A stretch of DNA of 43,953 nt from an uncultured Deferribacteres bacterium (GCA_964014485.1 CAXHAT010000046.1:1-43953); one strand, 5' to 3'; shown: positions 17,144 through 27,022, counted from the stretch's first letter. Notes: a model not told the origin generated them from the letters alone. Numbers and translations are program-made.

Positions 17144-17394
17144 CTTGGGCTTTGCCTCCGAGAAAACGCCGTTCGCCGCCGCAGGATTATTTCATGAATA
17201 AACTCATGATACAAATCGTCAGGCATATCCCGCCAACACCCGGCAAAGTTCTTCGTGCGATTTTTTTTCGCGTTCGATGCCTGAACCCCAACCCGAAAAT
17301 AATGGATAATATCCAATATTTCAGGCAGCTTTTCAGTCGGGATTAGTTTGACCTCTTCCACGACTTTGTCAAGAACCGTCGTTTTCATTTCCAA
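17134..17394 (-). CDS. Small hypothetical protein, probable antitoxin-like
   Basis: 86 aa; IP.EKL.EILD.IHYFR and FAGCWRDM pattern common in TA-neighbourhood small proteins. Confidence 0.6.
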   Translation of the reverse strand: MEMKTTVLDKVVEEVKLIPTEKLPEILDIIHYFRVGVQASNAKKNRTKNFAGCWRDMPDDLYHEFIHEIILRRRTAFSRRQSPRTR

Positions 17395-17475
17395 AACCTT
17401 TTGTTTATAGGTTGGGTGGGTTAATCCTCAAACTTTATCAAGTTGCCGTCAAGCGAATCGCCCTCCTACGTGTCA

Positions 17476-17742
17476 CTAGTCCACCTTGTCCCATTCCTGA
17501 ACTTCCCTACCGGGAACGTTCTTCAAAATATTTCGCACTTTTCTTTTCAATCCGGAGACGGATTTCTGCCGCAGCTTGGATTCGAGCGTTGAAAACATTT
17601 CAAGCTGCGTTACTTGAGTATTAAGCAAATAAGTCGCCAGTTGATTGACCGACACGCCTTGATATTTTGCTTCTCGTTTCAGCCGCGCTTTCAATTCAAT
17701 CGGTATTTGCAAAGTGACGACTTGCGTTTTGTTCGTGCTCAT
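17476..17742 (-). CDS. Ribbon-helix-helix (HicB-like/CopG) antitoxin-type protein
   Basis: VVTLQIPIELKARLKREAKYQGVSVNQLA RHH pattern; ATG 17742 avoids overlap with the upstream gene. Confidence 0.75.
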   Translation of the reverse strand: MSTNKTQVVTLQIPIELKARLKREAKYQGVSVNQLATYLLNTQVTQLEMFSTLESKLRQKSVSGLKRKVRNILKNVPGREVQEWDKVD

Positions 17743-17773
17743 GTCTGCAAAATCTTTAAAACTGGTTGTACCG

Positions 17774-18250
17774 TCAAATTTCGCCAATTTCTTTCAAAAA
17801 ACGATCATACACTTTCTGAGAATACCATCTCCCGTTGCTGATCATCTCATCGAGCAGCGGTTTGACTTTTTCGATAACGCCGTTTTCTTTCGCCCGGACA
17901 AGAATCGATAAAGTTCTCGTAACTTCAAGTCCAGAGTTTTGAGCAATTTTGAACCCGAGATTTTCATCGATAATCGTTAAATCAGCATTGAGTTCTTTGG
18001 CGAGAAGAATGGTTTCCGCTTCCCCTAAATCGAGTTGACTCAGCAACAAATCCGTGTAAAGCGAGCCTTTTACTTTTTCGACTCGAATAAAATCAAGGTC
18101 AACTTCATGATATCCGTAGCTTTCCTTCGCCTTGATCTCATTATAAACCGCCAGCGAAATCGTGACTTCGCCAAACAATTGCTCAAGCATTTCGATCTGT
18201 TGAATCGATGAAAGCGATATGATCGGCGTTGTGTTCGCGACGACAATCAT
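17774..18250 (-). CDS. DUF3368 PIN-domain protein (putative toxin)
   Basis: IVVANTTPIISL, LDLGEAETILLA, IIDE, TLSILVRAKENG.I motifs. Confidence 0.88.
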   Translation of the reverse strand: MIVVANTTPIISLSSIQQIEMLEQLFGEVTISLAVYNEIKAKESYGYHEVDLDFIRVEKVKGSLYTDLLLSQLDLGEAETILLAKELNADLTIIDENLGFKIAQNSGLEVTRTLSILVRAKENGVIEKVKPLLDEMISNGRWYSQKVYDRFLKEIGEI

Positions 18251-18528
18251 CGCGTCTTAATCCTGCCCGCCTCCGCGACAATCTCCTTAATCTCGTCATC
18301 AGTGTAGTCAAAAATATATTCGCCTTCTTCGTTGAGCTTTTCAATGAACCCGATTTTGGTATAACCCGCCAATTCCGCCGCTTTTCCCAGCGACAACTTT
18401 CTTTTTCGGTATAATTGGAGCGCGGAGGAGAACAAGATTTCTTTCACGAAATCATCTTTGTTTTCCTTTAATGAAAGAAGAATATTCTCTTTCACCGGAA
18501 AAGTAATGTCGATCACTCTTTCTGACAT
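18247..18528 (-). CDS. UPF0175 family protein (putative antitoxin)
   Basis: LSLGKAAELAG HTH motif; RBS GGAGGTGA before ATG 18528; ATGA overlap with DUF3368. Confidence 0.88.
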   Translation of the reverse strand: MSERVIDITFPVKENILLSLKENKDDFVKEILFSSALQLYRKRKLSLGKAAELAGYTKIGFIEKLNEEGEYIFDYTDDEIKEIVAEAGRIKTR

Positions 18529-18579
18529 ACTCACCTCCACCGTTTGTACTCAAATCATCCGTAACAGATATCACAATCA

Positions 18580-18677
18580 AAAGCAGCCTGAAGACTGAAC
18601 TACAAACGATAGTGCTTGCTTCTGCTCTGAGCGTTAAGCAAGCACCGTCGTTTGTAGTTCAAGCTTCAGCTTGCTTT
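18580..18677. repeat. GTAG-type REP doublet (second copy)
   Basis: TGAACTACAAACGA...TCGTTTGTAGTTCA inverted arms; GTAGTT-CAAGCTTCAGCTTG hairpin. Confidence 0.72.
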
Positions 18678-18787
18678 GCGGACTCGTCATCGCGAAACAG
18701 CCATCCGCCGCCTGTCTGACAACCTCCAACATTCCACCAACCCAATACTCCATCAATCCATGAGAGGAGCCAGCGCGGGGGCGACCT

Positions 18788-19309
18788 TTACGCCGCAATC
18801 ACCCGATGCATAATCATAGCCGCCATCACAATACTGAGCGTAATCTTCATCAGTTTGCCGCCAAGCGCACCGATGAAGGCGCCAAAGCCGACTTTGATGG
18901 CGTTGTCCAAATCTTCGCGCACGGAGTATTCCGCCAGCGCCGCCCCGCCAAACGCGCCAATCAGCGCGCCCATGATGGTGCCAAAAACCGGCAACACGCC
19001 GGTGCCAAAAATCGCGCCGATGAAGCCGCCGGCAATCGCGCCCCACATCGCGCGTTTGGAGCCGCCGTACTTTTTGGCCGTCGCCGCGCCGAGAAAAAAC
19101 TCAACAGCCTCGCCAACCCCGGCGAGCAAGAAAATGATCCCGACAAATCCCGCCGTCAATGGTGCAAAGCTCGTCATCAAACCATGCACCAGCGCCAGCC
19201 CGGCGATAACGAACGTGCCCGGCAGCCCGAACGGGATGATGAGCACGCCGACGAGCAAGCCCAGGCCGAGCAGCGTGATCCCGAAAAAACTCGCGACCGC
19301 TTCCATCAA
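18788..19309 (-). CDS. DUF456 family membrane protein
   Basis: GLPGT, AKKYGGSKRAMWGAIAG, IGAFGGA.LAE motifs. Confidence 0.88.
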   Translation of the reverse strand: MMEAVASFFGITLLGLGLLVGVLIIPFGLPGTFVIAGLALVHGLMTSFAPLTAGFVGIIFLLAGVGEAVEFFLGAATAKKYGGSKRAMWGAIAGGFIGAIFGTGVLPVFGTIMGALIGAFGGAALAEYSVREDLDNAIKVGFGAFIGALGGKLMKITLSIVMAAMIMHRVIAA

Positions 19310-20586
19310 ATATTTATTTTAATGTACACGTCTTTCTTCAGCCCCTCGACCCATTTCAGGAATTCCCGCTCGCGCTTGTAGGACAGCGCGATTTGCTCGA
19401 TCTCTTCCCAGTCATCTTCGATGGTCAAGCGTCTTGAGTCTTCACGCGAATTCAGCTTGACGATGATGTAGCCGAAGCGCGTTTTGATTGGCCGCGACAT
19501 TTCGCCGACGCGCAGGGCTTGCGCCGCCTGCTGCCATTCCGGCAATTGCAGTTCGCCGATCTGGAACGTGCCCAATTCGCCGCCGGCTTCTTTGGTTGTC
19601 TCGTCGTCGCTGAACTGTTTGGCTGCATCTTCAAACGCAATCGAGCCGTTGTCAATCACGGCGCCCAAGCTGTCCATAAAAGCGATGGTTTTTTGCGCGT
19701 CGTCTTCGGTGGTTTCGAGCTTGGCGAGCACATGGCGCGTGTTGATTTCGTCGTCGTCTTTTTCAATGAGTTGGATGATGTGAAAGCCGAACGGCGACTC
19801 CACGATGTCGGAAATTTCGCCGGGTTGGAGATCGTAGGCGGGATCGGCGTATTCGGGGACGAGGTCGGTGCGCTGCATCATACCCAAGTCACCGCCGATG
19901 GCCGCGCTGCCGTCGTCGCTGTATTTTTTCGCGACTTCGGCGAAATCAACACCGCGATCCAGTTCCGCTTTCGCTTCCTGAATTTTGGCGTAGGCCAATT
20001 CGCGCGCGGCGGGCGAAGCTTTCACCGATTTCAAAATGTGACTGAGATTGACCGCGCCCTGCTTTTCGGGAATGCTGTCCTTTTTGTCTTCGTAAAAAGC
20101 CAGCACCTCACGGCGGTTGATGGGGATTTGAAAAACTTTTTGCTGTTGCAGCGTTTGCACCAGCATTTGTTCTTCGAGGTTTTTGCGCATTGTGCGGCGG
20201 ACTTTGCGAAGCGTCGAGCCAAAATATTCTTCGACTTTTTCCTCCGAGCCGAGGCGCTGGATGATGTTGTTCATCTGATCGTCGAGGGCGCGATCGATGC
20301 GCGTCTCATCAACGACGACGCTGTCTTCCTTTGCTTTGACGAGCAGGACTTTTTGCAGCACCAATTGTTCGAGGGTTTGCTTGCGCAGTTCATCGAATTC
20401 CTTCGAGCCCAGGCGCGGCTGCACGCCCATTTGCATGGCGAAGTTCATCGCGTTTTGATCCATCTCCGATTGCAGGATAATGTTGTCGTCCACAATCGCG
20501 ATGATTCTGTCGAGAATGCGTTCCTGCGCATAACCGCTGATCGCGGAGAGCAGAAGCGCAGCGAGAATGAGTTTTGATTTTTTCAT
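19306..20586 (-). CDS. surA: SurA-like periplasmic chaperone with two parvulin domains
   Basis: Signal peptide, LDRIIAIVDDNIILQSE, two rotamase domains (SHIL...FAEVAKKYSDD...GGDLG; FGFHII). Confidence 0.85.
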   Translation of the reverse strand: MKKSKLILAALLLSAISGYAQERILDRIIAIVDDNIILQSEMDQNAMNFAMQMGVQPRLGSKEFDELRKQTLEQLVLQKVLLVKAKEDSVVVDETRIDRALDDQMNNIIQRLGSEEKVEEYFGSTLRKVRRTMRKNLEEQMLVQTLQQQKVFQIPINRREVLAFYEDKKDSIPEKQGAVNLSHILKSVKASPAARELAYAKIQEAKAELDRGVDFAEVAKKYSDDGSAAIGGDLGMMQRTDLVPEYADPAYDLQPGEISDIVESPFGFHIIQLIEKDDDEINTRHVLAKLETTEDDAQKTIAFMDSLGAVIDNGSIAFEDAAKQFSDDETTKEAGGELGTFQIGELQLPEWQQAAQALRVGEMSRPIKTRFGYIIVKLNSREDSRRLTIEDDWEEIEQIALSYKREREFLKWVEGLKKDVYIKINI

Positions 20587-20616
20587 GGTTTTCGTGTGTT
20601 TAGAGGTTTATTCATC

Positions 20617-20917
20617 AACGCAGAGTGCGCTGAGACGCAAAGTTATCGCAGAGTTTTTTCTTTTATTGTATTTCGATCTTTGCGTTTACATTTTCAGATT
20701 GAGTCCATCCTGAAACGCGCACGTCTCGTCACAACGGTCTCCGTTGTGACGCATGCCCGGACGCTCCGCGTCCAGTCGAACGCACTCTTTGAGTTCACGG
20801 GACGCGGAGCGTCCAAGTATGCGTGACGACGGAGACCGTCGTCACGAGACCGGAATGACATCCGAGGGTTCATGAAAAAACTCTGCGTAAACTCCGCGCC
20901 TTTGCGTTCTCTGCGTT
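20617..20917. repeat. Nested intergenic inverted repeats
   Basis: Outer AACGCAGAG...CTCTGCGTT arms; inner element 20723-20850 with GTCACAACGGTCTCCGTTGTGAC, GGACGCTCCGCGTCC and their inverted counterparts. Confidence 0.78.
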
Positions 20918-20936
20918 TAAATTCTCACGCTCAAAT

Positions 20937-21818
20937 TCACTGCGACAAAACAAAATTCTGCGTCTTTGGGGGACGCAGGGAGTCCGGCGGCAGCGAGCCG
21001 AGCAGGTCGAGATTTGTTTGAATTTCCGTCTTGTTTTTGAGCTGGTTCAAGAGCGCGAGATACTGCTCCTCCCATTTGTCCTGTCGCAATCGCGCATGGA
21101 TTTCCATTTCTACTTCTTTCAGCGCCTTGATCGTGCCTTCCTTTTTGCGCTCGACCACACGGATCAAGTGGTAGCCAAAATCCGTTTTCACCGGGCGCGT
21201 GGTGTTGCCGTCCCGGGTGATTTTGATTTTGTCCCACAGCACTTTCAAAATCTGATTTTGCGTGATGAAGCCCACATCGCTGAGATGCTTCAGGCTGTCC
21301 GGATTGTATTTGTGCGCCAGCGTGTCAAAGTCCGCTTTTTGCCGGATCAGCTCCAGGCGCGCGGAATTGGCGGATTTCAAGTCCGGGAAAATCATGTGCT
21401 TGATATGGATTTCTTCTTCCTCGCGAGCGAAAATTTCCTGGTTCGCCTCGTAATAGCGCTGAATCTCGTCGTCCGTGACGTTGATCTGCGCCGAGAGCAC
21501 GGAATCAACGTACGCGGCGCCGATGATTTTCGCTTCGAATTCCTTCACCCGCCGTTTGATCTCGGGATTCTCGCCCAAGCCAAGCTGAAGGCCGTTCTGA
21601 TACAGGACTTGCGAATTGATCCAGCGATTAATCAGGCTTTCCAAATCCGCTGTGGAAATGGAATCTCCCGCCGCGCCAGGAACGGCCAGACGCAAATCAT
21701 CGAGCGTAAAAACGCGTTCGCCAACCGTGACAATCGCCGGGCTTTGCGGCTTTTCCTCGGCGCACCCGGTCAGCAAAACAAAAACGGCGGATAGATATTT
21801 TAAACTGCGTTTGATCAT
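20937..21818 (-). CDS. PpiC-type peptidyl-prolyl isomerase lipoprotein
   Basis: Lipobox LLTGC; HIKHMI, PVKTDFGYHLI parvulin motifs. Confidence 0.85.
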   Translation of the reverse strand: MIKRSLKYLSAVFVLLTGCAEEKPQSPAIVTVGERVFTLDDLRLAVPGAAGDSISTADLESLINRWINSQVLYQNGLQLGLGENPEIKRRVKEFEAKIIGAAYVDSVLSAQINVTDDEIQRYYEANQEIFAREEEEIHIKHMIFPDLKSANSARLELIRQKADFDTLAHKYNPDSLKHLSDVGFITQNQILKVLWDKIKITRDGNTTRPVKTDFGYHLIRVVERKKEGTIKALKEVEMEIHARLRQDKWEEQYLALLNQLKNKTEIQTNLDLLGSLPPDSLRPPKTQNFVLSQ

Positions 21819-21917
21819 GTTGTCATATCATTCCAAATGTGAGTTTGATCTAACCTGAATGTCAACTTTTAGCCACTTGCTTATCAACAACTATTAAAGT
21901 CTCTTATCCAAAGCCGC

Positions 21918-22559
21918 TTACATTGACATTTTTTCTTCAAGTCTTAGCTCTTCGTTTTCCCAGTCTTTTAACATGATAAATAAAAAATCATTCTGATCGC
22001 ATTTAGTATCAAAATAACCAAGGTCTTTTCTCATGCTAACAACAAGTCCAGCATACATCAAAAGGATTTTCTTTTTATCTCCACCTTCTCGCTCTACTCT
22101 CAAACCATATCGACGCCACTCAACATATTTTTTGACAGTTTCGTCTGACGCAAAAAAGAAAAGCTTTACACCAAGGTTCAACATATTTTTATTAAAATTC
22201 TCTTGCTCTTCCTCGTCACTCGCCAGCTTTGCGAGTTTCTTTTTGTTTGTCAAAGCTTCATTAAAATACTCAATGAGTCTAACAAATTCTTTAGTTTTGT
22301 GAACCTGAATATCTGTTTGGTTTATTTTCCAAAGTTCAACTTCTTTCGCCAGACCCGCTTTCATCATCTCAAGCTTTTCTTGGAGCTGAAATTCAAAGGA
22401 TTTTATCGCTTTTTGATGTATCGCATCAGGAAGCTTCTTCAAAAAGATCCAAAGAAGCGAAAAAAATATCGCGAGAATTACCTGAAAAACAAAAATTAGA
22501 AAGCTTAAGTCTTTTGGCATTTCGCTACTGTCCGTGTTTTTCGCAAGAGAACACAACAT
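21918..22559 (-). CDS. Hypothetical AT-rich protein with N-terminal TM helix
   Basis: 213-aa ORF; hydrophobic LSFLIFVFQVILAIFFSLLWIFL followed by a helical body; start may be the second Met. Confidence 0.65.
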   Translation of the reverse strand: MLCSLAKNTDSSEMPKDLSFLIFVFQVILAIFFSLLWIFLKKLPDAIHQKAIKSFEFQLQEKLEMMKAGLAKEVELWKINQTDIQVHKTKEFVRLIEYFNEALTNKKKLAKLASDEEEQENFNKNMLNLGVKLFFFASDETVKKYVEWRRYGLRVEREGGDKKKILLMYAGLVVSMRKDLGYFDTKCDQNDFLFIMLKDWENEELRLEEKMSM

Positions 22560-22718
22560 AGTATTTTGTTTTTAACATACTTATGCCATGTGATAACCTA
22601 AAAGCATATTTAGTTCTGATCCGCAAAAATCGAATCGAACTTATTGATGTTGCCACTGAGAATTCAAATGGTAGGGTACTAGTATTGGCTTGTAATGCCC
22701 ATAAGCCGATAAGAAAAT

Positions 22719-23345
22719 TTAGAATCTCCTATTCACTACGTTCCTTATTTCCCGAATGATGTCTTTAGTGAACGTTACAATTTCATAGTAGACCCTGAAA
22801 CCATCTTCATAGGTCAACTTTTCCCTTAAAACATGATTCAGCCTGTTTTGCAATTCAATTAGCCCATGATACATTTCTTCATCAAGATATAAATCTATTT
22901 TATACAGTCTTTGCAAGATTCTGGATGTTGTTTCAAAACTTTTCCCAGTAAGCCGATTTAACTCATAGACAATATCATCAAATTGTTTGTACCCATGATG
23001 AGTAAAAATTGGCCTATAAGAACCAAACTCTAATCGTATTTTAGAAATATGCTTCGAATGTGTCTCTGTCGTACCTTCTATCAGTATAAACTCTAGTTTC
23101 CTCAGGGAAGCTTCTGTTTGCATTGTATCGGTTTCTAGCGACATCAGCAAATCCCGAAGTTCTCGAAGCACCTTCGTTTGCGTAGTATGCCTTTCTCGAC
23201 GTTGATTTCGTTTGAATTCGACATAACCAGCAATCGATGCAACTGAACCCAGAAAGCCAAGCACTCCTAAAAAAACAGTAAAGGGGTCTGGATCAATGAG
23301 TAAATTCTCTTCTTGATCATCAAAATTTCGATTTTTGTCATTCAT
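22719..23345 (-). CDS. Hypothetical AT-rich helical protein with N-terminal hydrophobic helix
   Basis: 208-aa ORF; RBS AGGAG; DPFTVFLGVLGFLGSVASIAGYV followed by amphipathic helices. Confidence 0.7.
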   Translation of the reverse strand: MNDKNRNFDDQEENLLIDPDPFTVFLGVLGFLGSVASIAGYVEFKRNQRRERHTTQTKVLRELRDLLMSLETDTMQTEASLRKLEFILIEGTTETHSKHISKIRLEFGSYRPIFTHHGYKQFDDIVYELNRLTGKSFETTSRILQRLYKIDLYLDEEMYHGLIELQNRLNHVLREKLTYEDGFRVYYEIVTFTKDIIREIRNVVNRRF

Positions 23346-23455
23346 AGATTCTCAAACTCCTACTGATATTTCTCTTCATTTGTCATATCGGTAAGAAACG
23401 GCTTTATTGATCAATGAAATCGCTTTCACAAAGCAGGCTTTCAAAAAAATATATA

Positions 23456-26400
23456 TTATTCCGACACCGCTTGCACTGCGTTCCCTAGAAACTCCAACGT
23501 CTCAAACAAAATCATATCCTCGCTCTCGGCGGATAGCTTCAAATAGAGTTCATTTGACTGCACGAACTCAACGTCTTGCGAAACCGCAGCGAGGATTTTG
23601 CCGATCCAGGATTGTAAGGTTTTGTTCGGCTCGTTCAAAAGCTTTTTTGAGAATCGCGCCACGGTTTCGTTCTTCTTCACGGAAATCGCCCGGAAGCCGC
23701 TCTTTCTGCCCAAAAATCGAAATTTTGTCAAATAAAACAAGTTCTTTGCTTCAACCGGCATCCGGCCAAAGCGGTCAACGACCTCCTCTTCCAACTGCTC
23801 GATCTGTTCATACTCGCGGATGTGCGCCAGCCTGCGGTAAATATCGATGCGATCCATGGCCAGCGCGGCGTATTTTTGCGGCAGGTAAGCGTCCGCGTCA
23901 ATGTCGGACTTGCACTCGTCGGCGAGCAGGGCGTTTTCATGGAGTGTAGACGATTGATCGCGCTGGAATTCTTTAACTTCCTCATCGAGGATTTTCAGGA
24001 ACATCTCCAGACCGACGGCTTCGATAAAGCCGCTCTGCTCTGCACCAAGCAAATCCCCGGCGCCGCGTATTTCGAGATCGCGCAGCGCCACCTGAATGCC
24101 GCTGCCCAAATCGGTGAATTCTTCGATCGTTTCCAGGCGCCGCACCGCATCCTGGGTCAGCGTCTGCAGCGGCGGCACGATCAGGTAGCAAAACGCCTTC
24201 CTGTCCGAGCGGCCAACGCGCCCGCGCAATTGATAGAGCTGCGCCAAACCAAACTTGTCCGCGCGGTTGACAAAAATCGTATTGACGTTCGGCATGTCCA
24301 GCCCCGACTCGATGATCATGGTGGAAATCAGAATCTGATAACGCTTTTGCATGAAATCCATCATGACTTTTTCGAGCTCGTGCTCTCTCATCTGCCCGTG
24401 CCCGATCACGATGTCGGCTTCCGGGACGATCTCGGCAAGCTTATTGGCGACGCTTTTTATCGTATTTATGCGATTATGGACAAAGAAAATTTGACCGCCG
24501 CGTTGCAGTTCGTAGAGAATGGCCTCGCGAACGATCTTTTTGTTGAACTCGATGGTTTCGGTATGCACCGGCTGACGGTCGCGCGGCGCGGTGTTGATGA
24601 GCGACATGTCACGCACGCCCATGAGCGACATGTTCAGGGTGCGCGGGATCGGCGTGGCGCTCAATGCCAGCACGTCGACGTTGACGCGCATCTCCTTGAG
24701 CTTTTCCTTGTTCTTCACGCCAAAGCGGTGCTCTTCGTCAAGGATAAGCAAGCCAAGTCTTTTAAATTCAATATCTTTGGACAACAAACGATGCGTCCCG
24801 ACAACGACATCGACCGTGCCGTCCTTCATGCCGTCGATGATCTCTCGTTGCTGTTTGCGCGTGCGAAAACGCGAGAGCACTTCGACGCGCACCGGGAAGC
24901 GTTTGAGCCGTTCTTCGAAGGTCAGGTGGTGCTGTTCCGCCAGAATGGTGGTCGGCACGAGAATCGCGACCTGGCGGCCGTCCTGCACGGCCTTGAACGC
25001 GGCGCGCACGGCGACTTCCGTTTTGCCGAAGCCGACGTCGCCACAGACCAGTCGATCCATCGGCTCTTCTTTTTCCATGTCCTTTTTAACGTCCTGCGCC
25101 GCATTGAATTGGTCGGGCGTATCTTCGTATTGAAACGATGCTTCCAATTCTCGCTGCCAAGTCGTGTCGGGCGAGAAGCTCATACCGGTTTTTGCCCGGC
25201 GCAAGGAATACAGTTTGATCAATTCCTGTGCAATGTCTTTGGCGCGCTTGCGGGTTTTCTTTTTGGCTTTTTCCCAATCCGCCGTTCCCAGCTTGTGGAT
25301 TTTCGGAACGTGGCCTTCCTTGCTGGTGTATTTTTGCACGCGATCCATTTTGTCCAACGGGACGTAGAGCTTGTCTTTGTCGCGATACTCGAGCAACAGG
25401 CATTCGCGCGTTCTGCCGCGCACGTCAATCTTTTGCAATCCGCGAAAACGCCCCACGCCGTGATCAACGTGAACGATAAAATCATCAATTCCCAGCGATT
25501 GCAACTCTTTGAGCGTCAGCCCTTCCTTGAATTTCCTCTGGGCGCGCTGGCGGCGCAGACGGCCGTAGAATTCGTGATCGTTGTAGACGTTCAATGACGC
25601 GCTGGGCAGACTGAATCCCATGCCCAAACTCGATCCGATGACGTGAACTTGATCGGCGGAGACTTCATAATCGTCGAACAGCTCGCGCATTCTCTCGGCG
25701 TGACCGGCGGTTTCGCAGAGGAAAAAGTTGGTCTCTTTTTTATCCGAGGATTCCTTGATGGCTTTGACGAGCAGTTTGATGTCGCCGTTGAAGCCGAGGG
25801 CGTGGCGGGATTCGAACGAGAGCTTGTTTGGTGAGAAGCGCCCTTTGAGCGGCGAAAAAAACAGCTTTTTGTTTTCATCGAGGCGCTCCAGCAATTCCTG
25901 CCAGCGCTCGTCGTTCACCTCGCCCTCCCATCCGGCAAGCTCGTCCGGCGAACCGCTTTTTTGTCCGGTGACAGCACCTTGAATCGCGGGCGCATCGTCA
26001 AAAACGACGAGCGTGGAGGGATCGAGATAATCGACCAACGTCACGCTTTCGCCCGGCTCGGCGCCGTCGGAACTGGGCTTGGGGAAAATGCTGATTTTTT
26101 TGATATTGAGGTTGGAGCGCTGGGAATTAACGTCAAATTCGCGCATCGACTCGATTTTGTCGCCCCAGAATTCGATACGAACGGGGTAACCGGCGGTAAA
26201 GGGAAAAACATCGACGATGCCGCCGCGCACCGCAACGTCGCCCGGTTTGGCGACCATGTCGTCACGTTCAAAGCCTATGTTCTGAAATTTCGCCAACAGC
26301 TTATCGTAGACATATTCTTCGCCGACTTCGAGATGCACGGCTTGTCGCGCGAGGAGCTTGCGATTTTTGACTTTTGTATACAGGGCATCACTGGCGGCGA

Positions 26401-26770
26401 GGAGAATATTTTTTTCACCGCTGGACAGACCAACCAAAGCCTCGGCTTGTTGAGCGACGACAACAACGTCGTCATGCCCCCACTCGCTTTTGCGCGGCAC
26501 AGGAAAAAGCGAACTCGACTTCACCGGCAGAAGATGCTCCAAATCAATCTTCGCATTTTCAGCCAAATCCTGCGATACAAAAACCCAGAGTATTGAATTT
26601 TGAGATTTCTGAAAAAGCTGGGTTAACAGAATCGACTTCAAAGAACCGACAACCGCGCGAACTTCGACGCTCGGCTGGTTTTCCAATTGTCGGATCAGGT
26701 CGCGCGTTTGCGGCAGAGCGCGCGTTATATCTAAAAGTTCATCAAATGCGTTCAGCATATTTATCTTCAA
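23456..26770 (-). CDS. mfd: Transcription-repair coupling factor
   Basis: UvrB-homology N-terminus, HVDHGVG RID, CGDVGFGKT, DEEHRFG, QLRGRVGR, DLEIRGAG TRG motif. Confidence 0.98.
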   Translation of the reverse strand: MKINMLNAFDELLDITRALPQTRDLIRQLENQPSVEVRAVVGSLKSILLTQLFQKSQNSILWVFVSQDLAENAKIDLEHLLPVKSSSLFPVPRKSEWGHDDVVVVAQQAEALVGLSSGEKNILLAASDALYTKVKNRKLLARQAVHLEVGEEYVYDKLLAKFQNIGFERDDMVAKPGDVAVRGGIVDVFPFTAGYPVRIEFWGDKIESMREFDVNSQRSNLNIKKISIFPKPSSDGAEPGESVTLVDYLDPSTLVVFDDAPAIQGAVTGQKSGSPDELAGWEGEVNDERWQELLERLDENKKLFFSPLKGRFSPNKLSFESRHALGFNGDIKLLVKAIKESSDKKETNFFLCETAGHAERMRELFDDYEVSADQVHVIGSSLGMGFSLPSASLNVYNDHEFYGRLRRQRAQRKFKEGLTLKELQSLGIDDFIVHVDHGVGRFRGLQKIDVRGRTRECLLLEYRDKDKLYVPLDKMDRVQKYTSKEGHVPKIHKLGTADWEKAKKKTRKRAKDIAQELIKLYSLRRAKTGMSFSPDTTWQRELEASFQYEDTPDQFNAAQDVKKDMEKEEPMDRLVCGDVGFGKTEVAVRAAFKAVQDGRQVAILVPTTILAEQHHLTFEERLKRFPVRVEVLSRFRTRKQQREIIDGMKDGTVDVVVGTHRLLSKDIEFKRLGLLILDEEHRFGVKNKEKLKEMRVNVDVLALSATPIPRTLNMSLMGVRDMSLINTAPRDRQPVHTETIEFNKKIVREAILYELQRGGQIFFVHNRINTIKSVANKLAEIVPEADIVIGHGQMREHELEKVMMDFMQKRYQILISTMIIESGLDMPNVNTIFVNRADKFGLAQLYQLRGRVGRSDRKAFCYLIVPPLQTLTQDAVRRLETIEEFTDLGSGIQVALRDLEIRGAGDLLGAEQSGFIEAVGLEMFLKILDEEVKEFQRDQSSTLHENALLADECKSDIDADAYLPQKYAALAMDRIDIYRRLAHIREYEQIEQLEEEVVDRFGRMPVEAKNLFYLTKFRFLGRKSGFRAISVKKNETVARFSKKLLNEPNKTLQSWIGKILAAVSQDVEFVQSNELYLKLSAESEDMILFETLEFLGNAVQAVSE

Positions 26771-26782
26771 TCATCCCGTTGT

Positions 26783-26798
26783 CGTTTCACGTGAAACT
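26783..26798. promoter_or_regulatory. parS site
   Basis: CGTTTCACGTGAAACT versus consensus TGTTTCACGTGAAACA. Confidence 0.85.
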
Positions 26799-26879
26799 TT
26801 CTTTTAAAAAGGGGCAGAGGGGCAAAGCTCCTAAGGCACAAAGTTTTTCAGTCGCCTGCTCGGCAATCAAATTGCATTT

Positions 26880-27022
26880 TTCTCGTTCCAATGCTTCGCG
26901 TTGGAACGCAGCCCAGGCGCTTCGCGCCGCTCTCGTGCGCACTACAGAGCGAGTCGGCATATCGAAGAAGGGGCGCGAAGCGCCCAGAAACTGCATTCCC
27001 ACGCAAAGCATGGGAACGAGAA
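26880..27022. repeat. REP-like inverted-repeat element related to 20723-20850
   Basis: TTCTCGTTCC...GGAACGAGAA termini with internal hairpins GGCGCTTCGCGCC / GGCGCGAAGCGCC. Confidence 0.7.

Noticed and set aside
19519..21794. 352-aa and 258-aa plus-strand ORFs
   Set aside because: Antisense shadows of surA and the PPIase gene.
22560..22718. Possible attC between the two AT-rich orphan genes
   Set aside because: Only a degenerate GCATTAC...GTTAAAA pair on the minus strand; no convincing complementary boxes or stem.
23822..25597. 591-aa plus-strand ORF
   Set aside because: Antisense shadow of mfd caused by codon bias.
9257..27022. CRISPR array or structured ncRNA genes among the palindromes
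   Set aside because: The repeats are dispersed inverted pairs with no regular repeat-spacer period, and no cas genes are present; no tRNA or rRNA signature was recognised.
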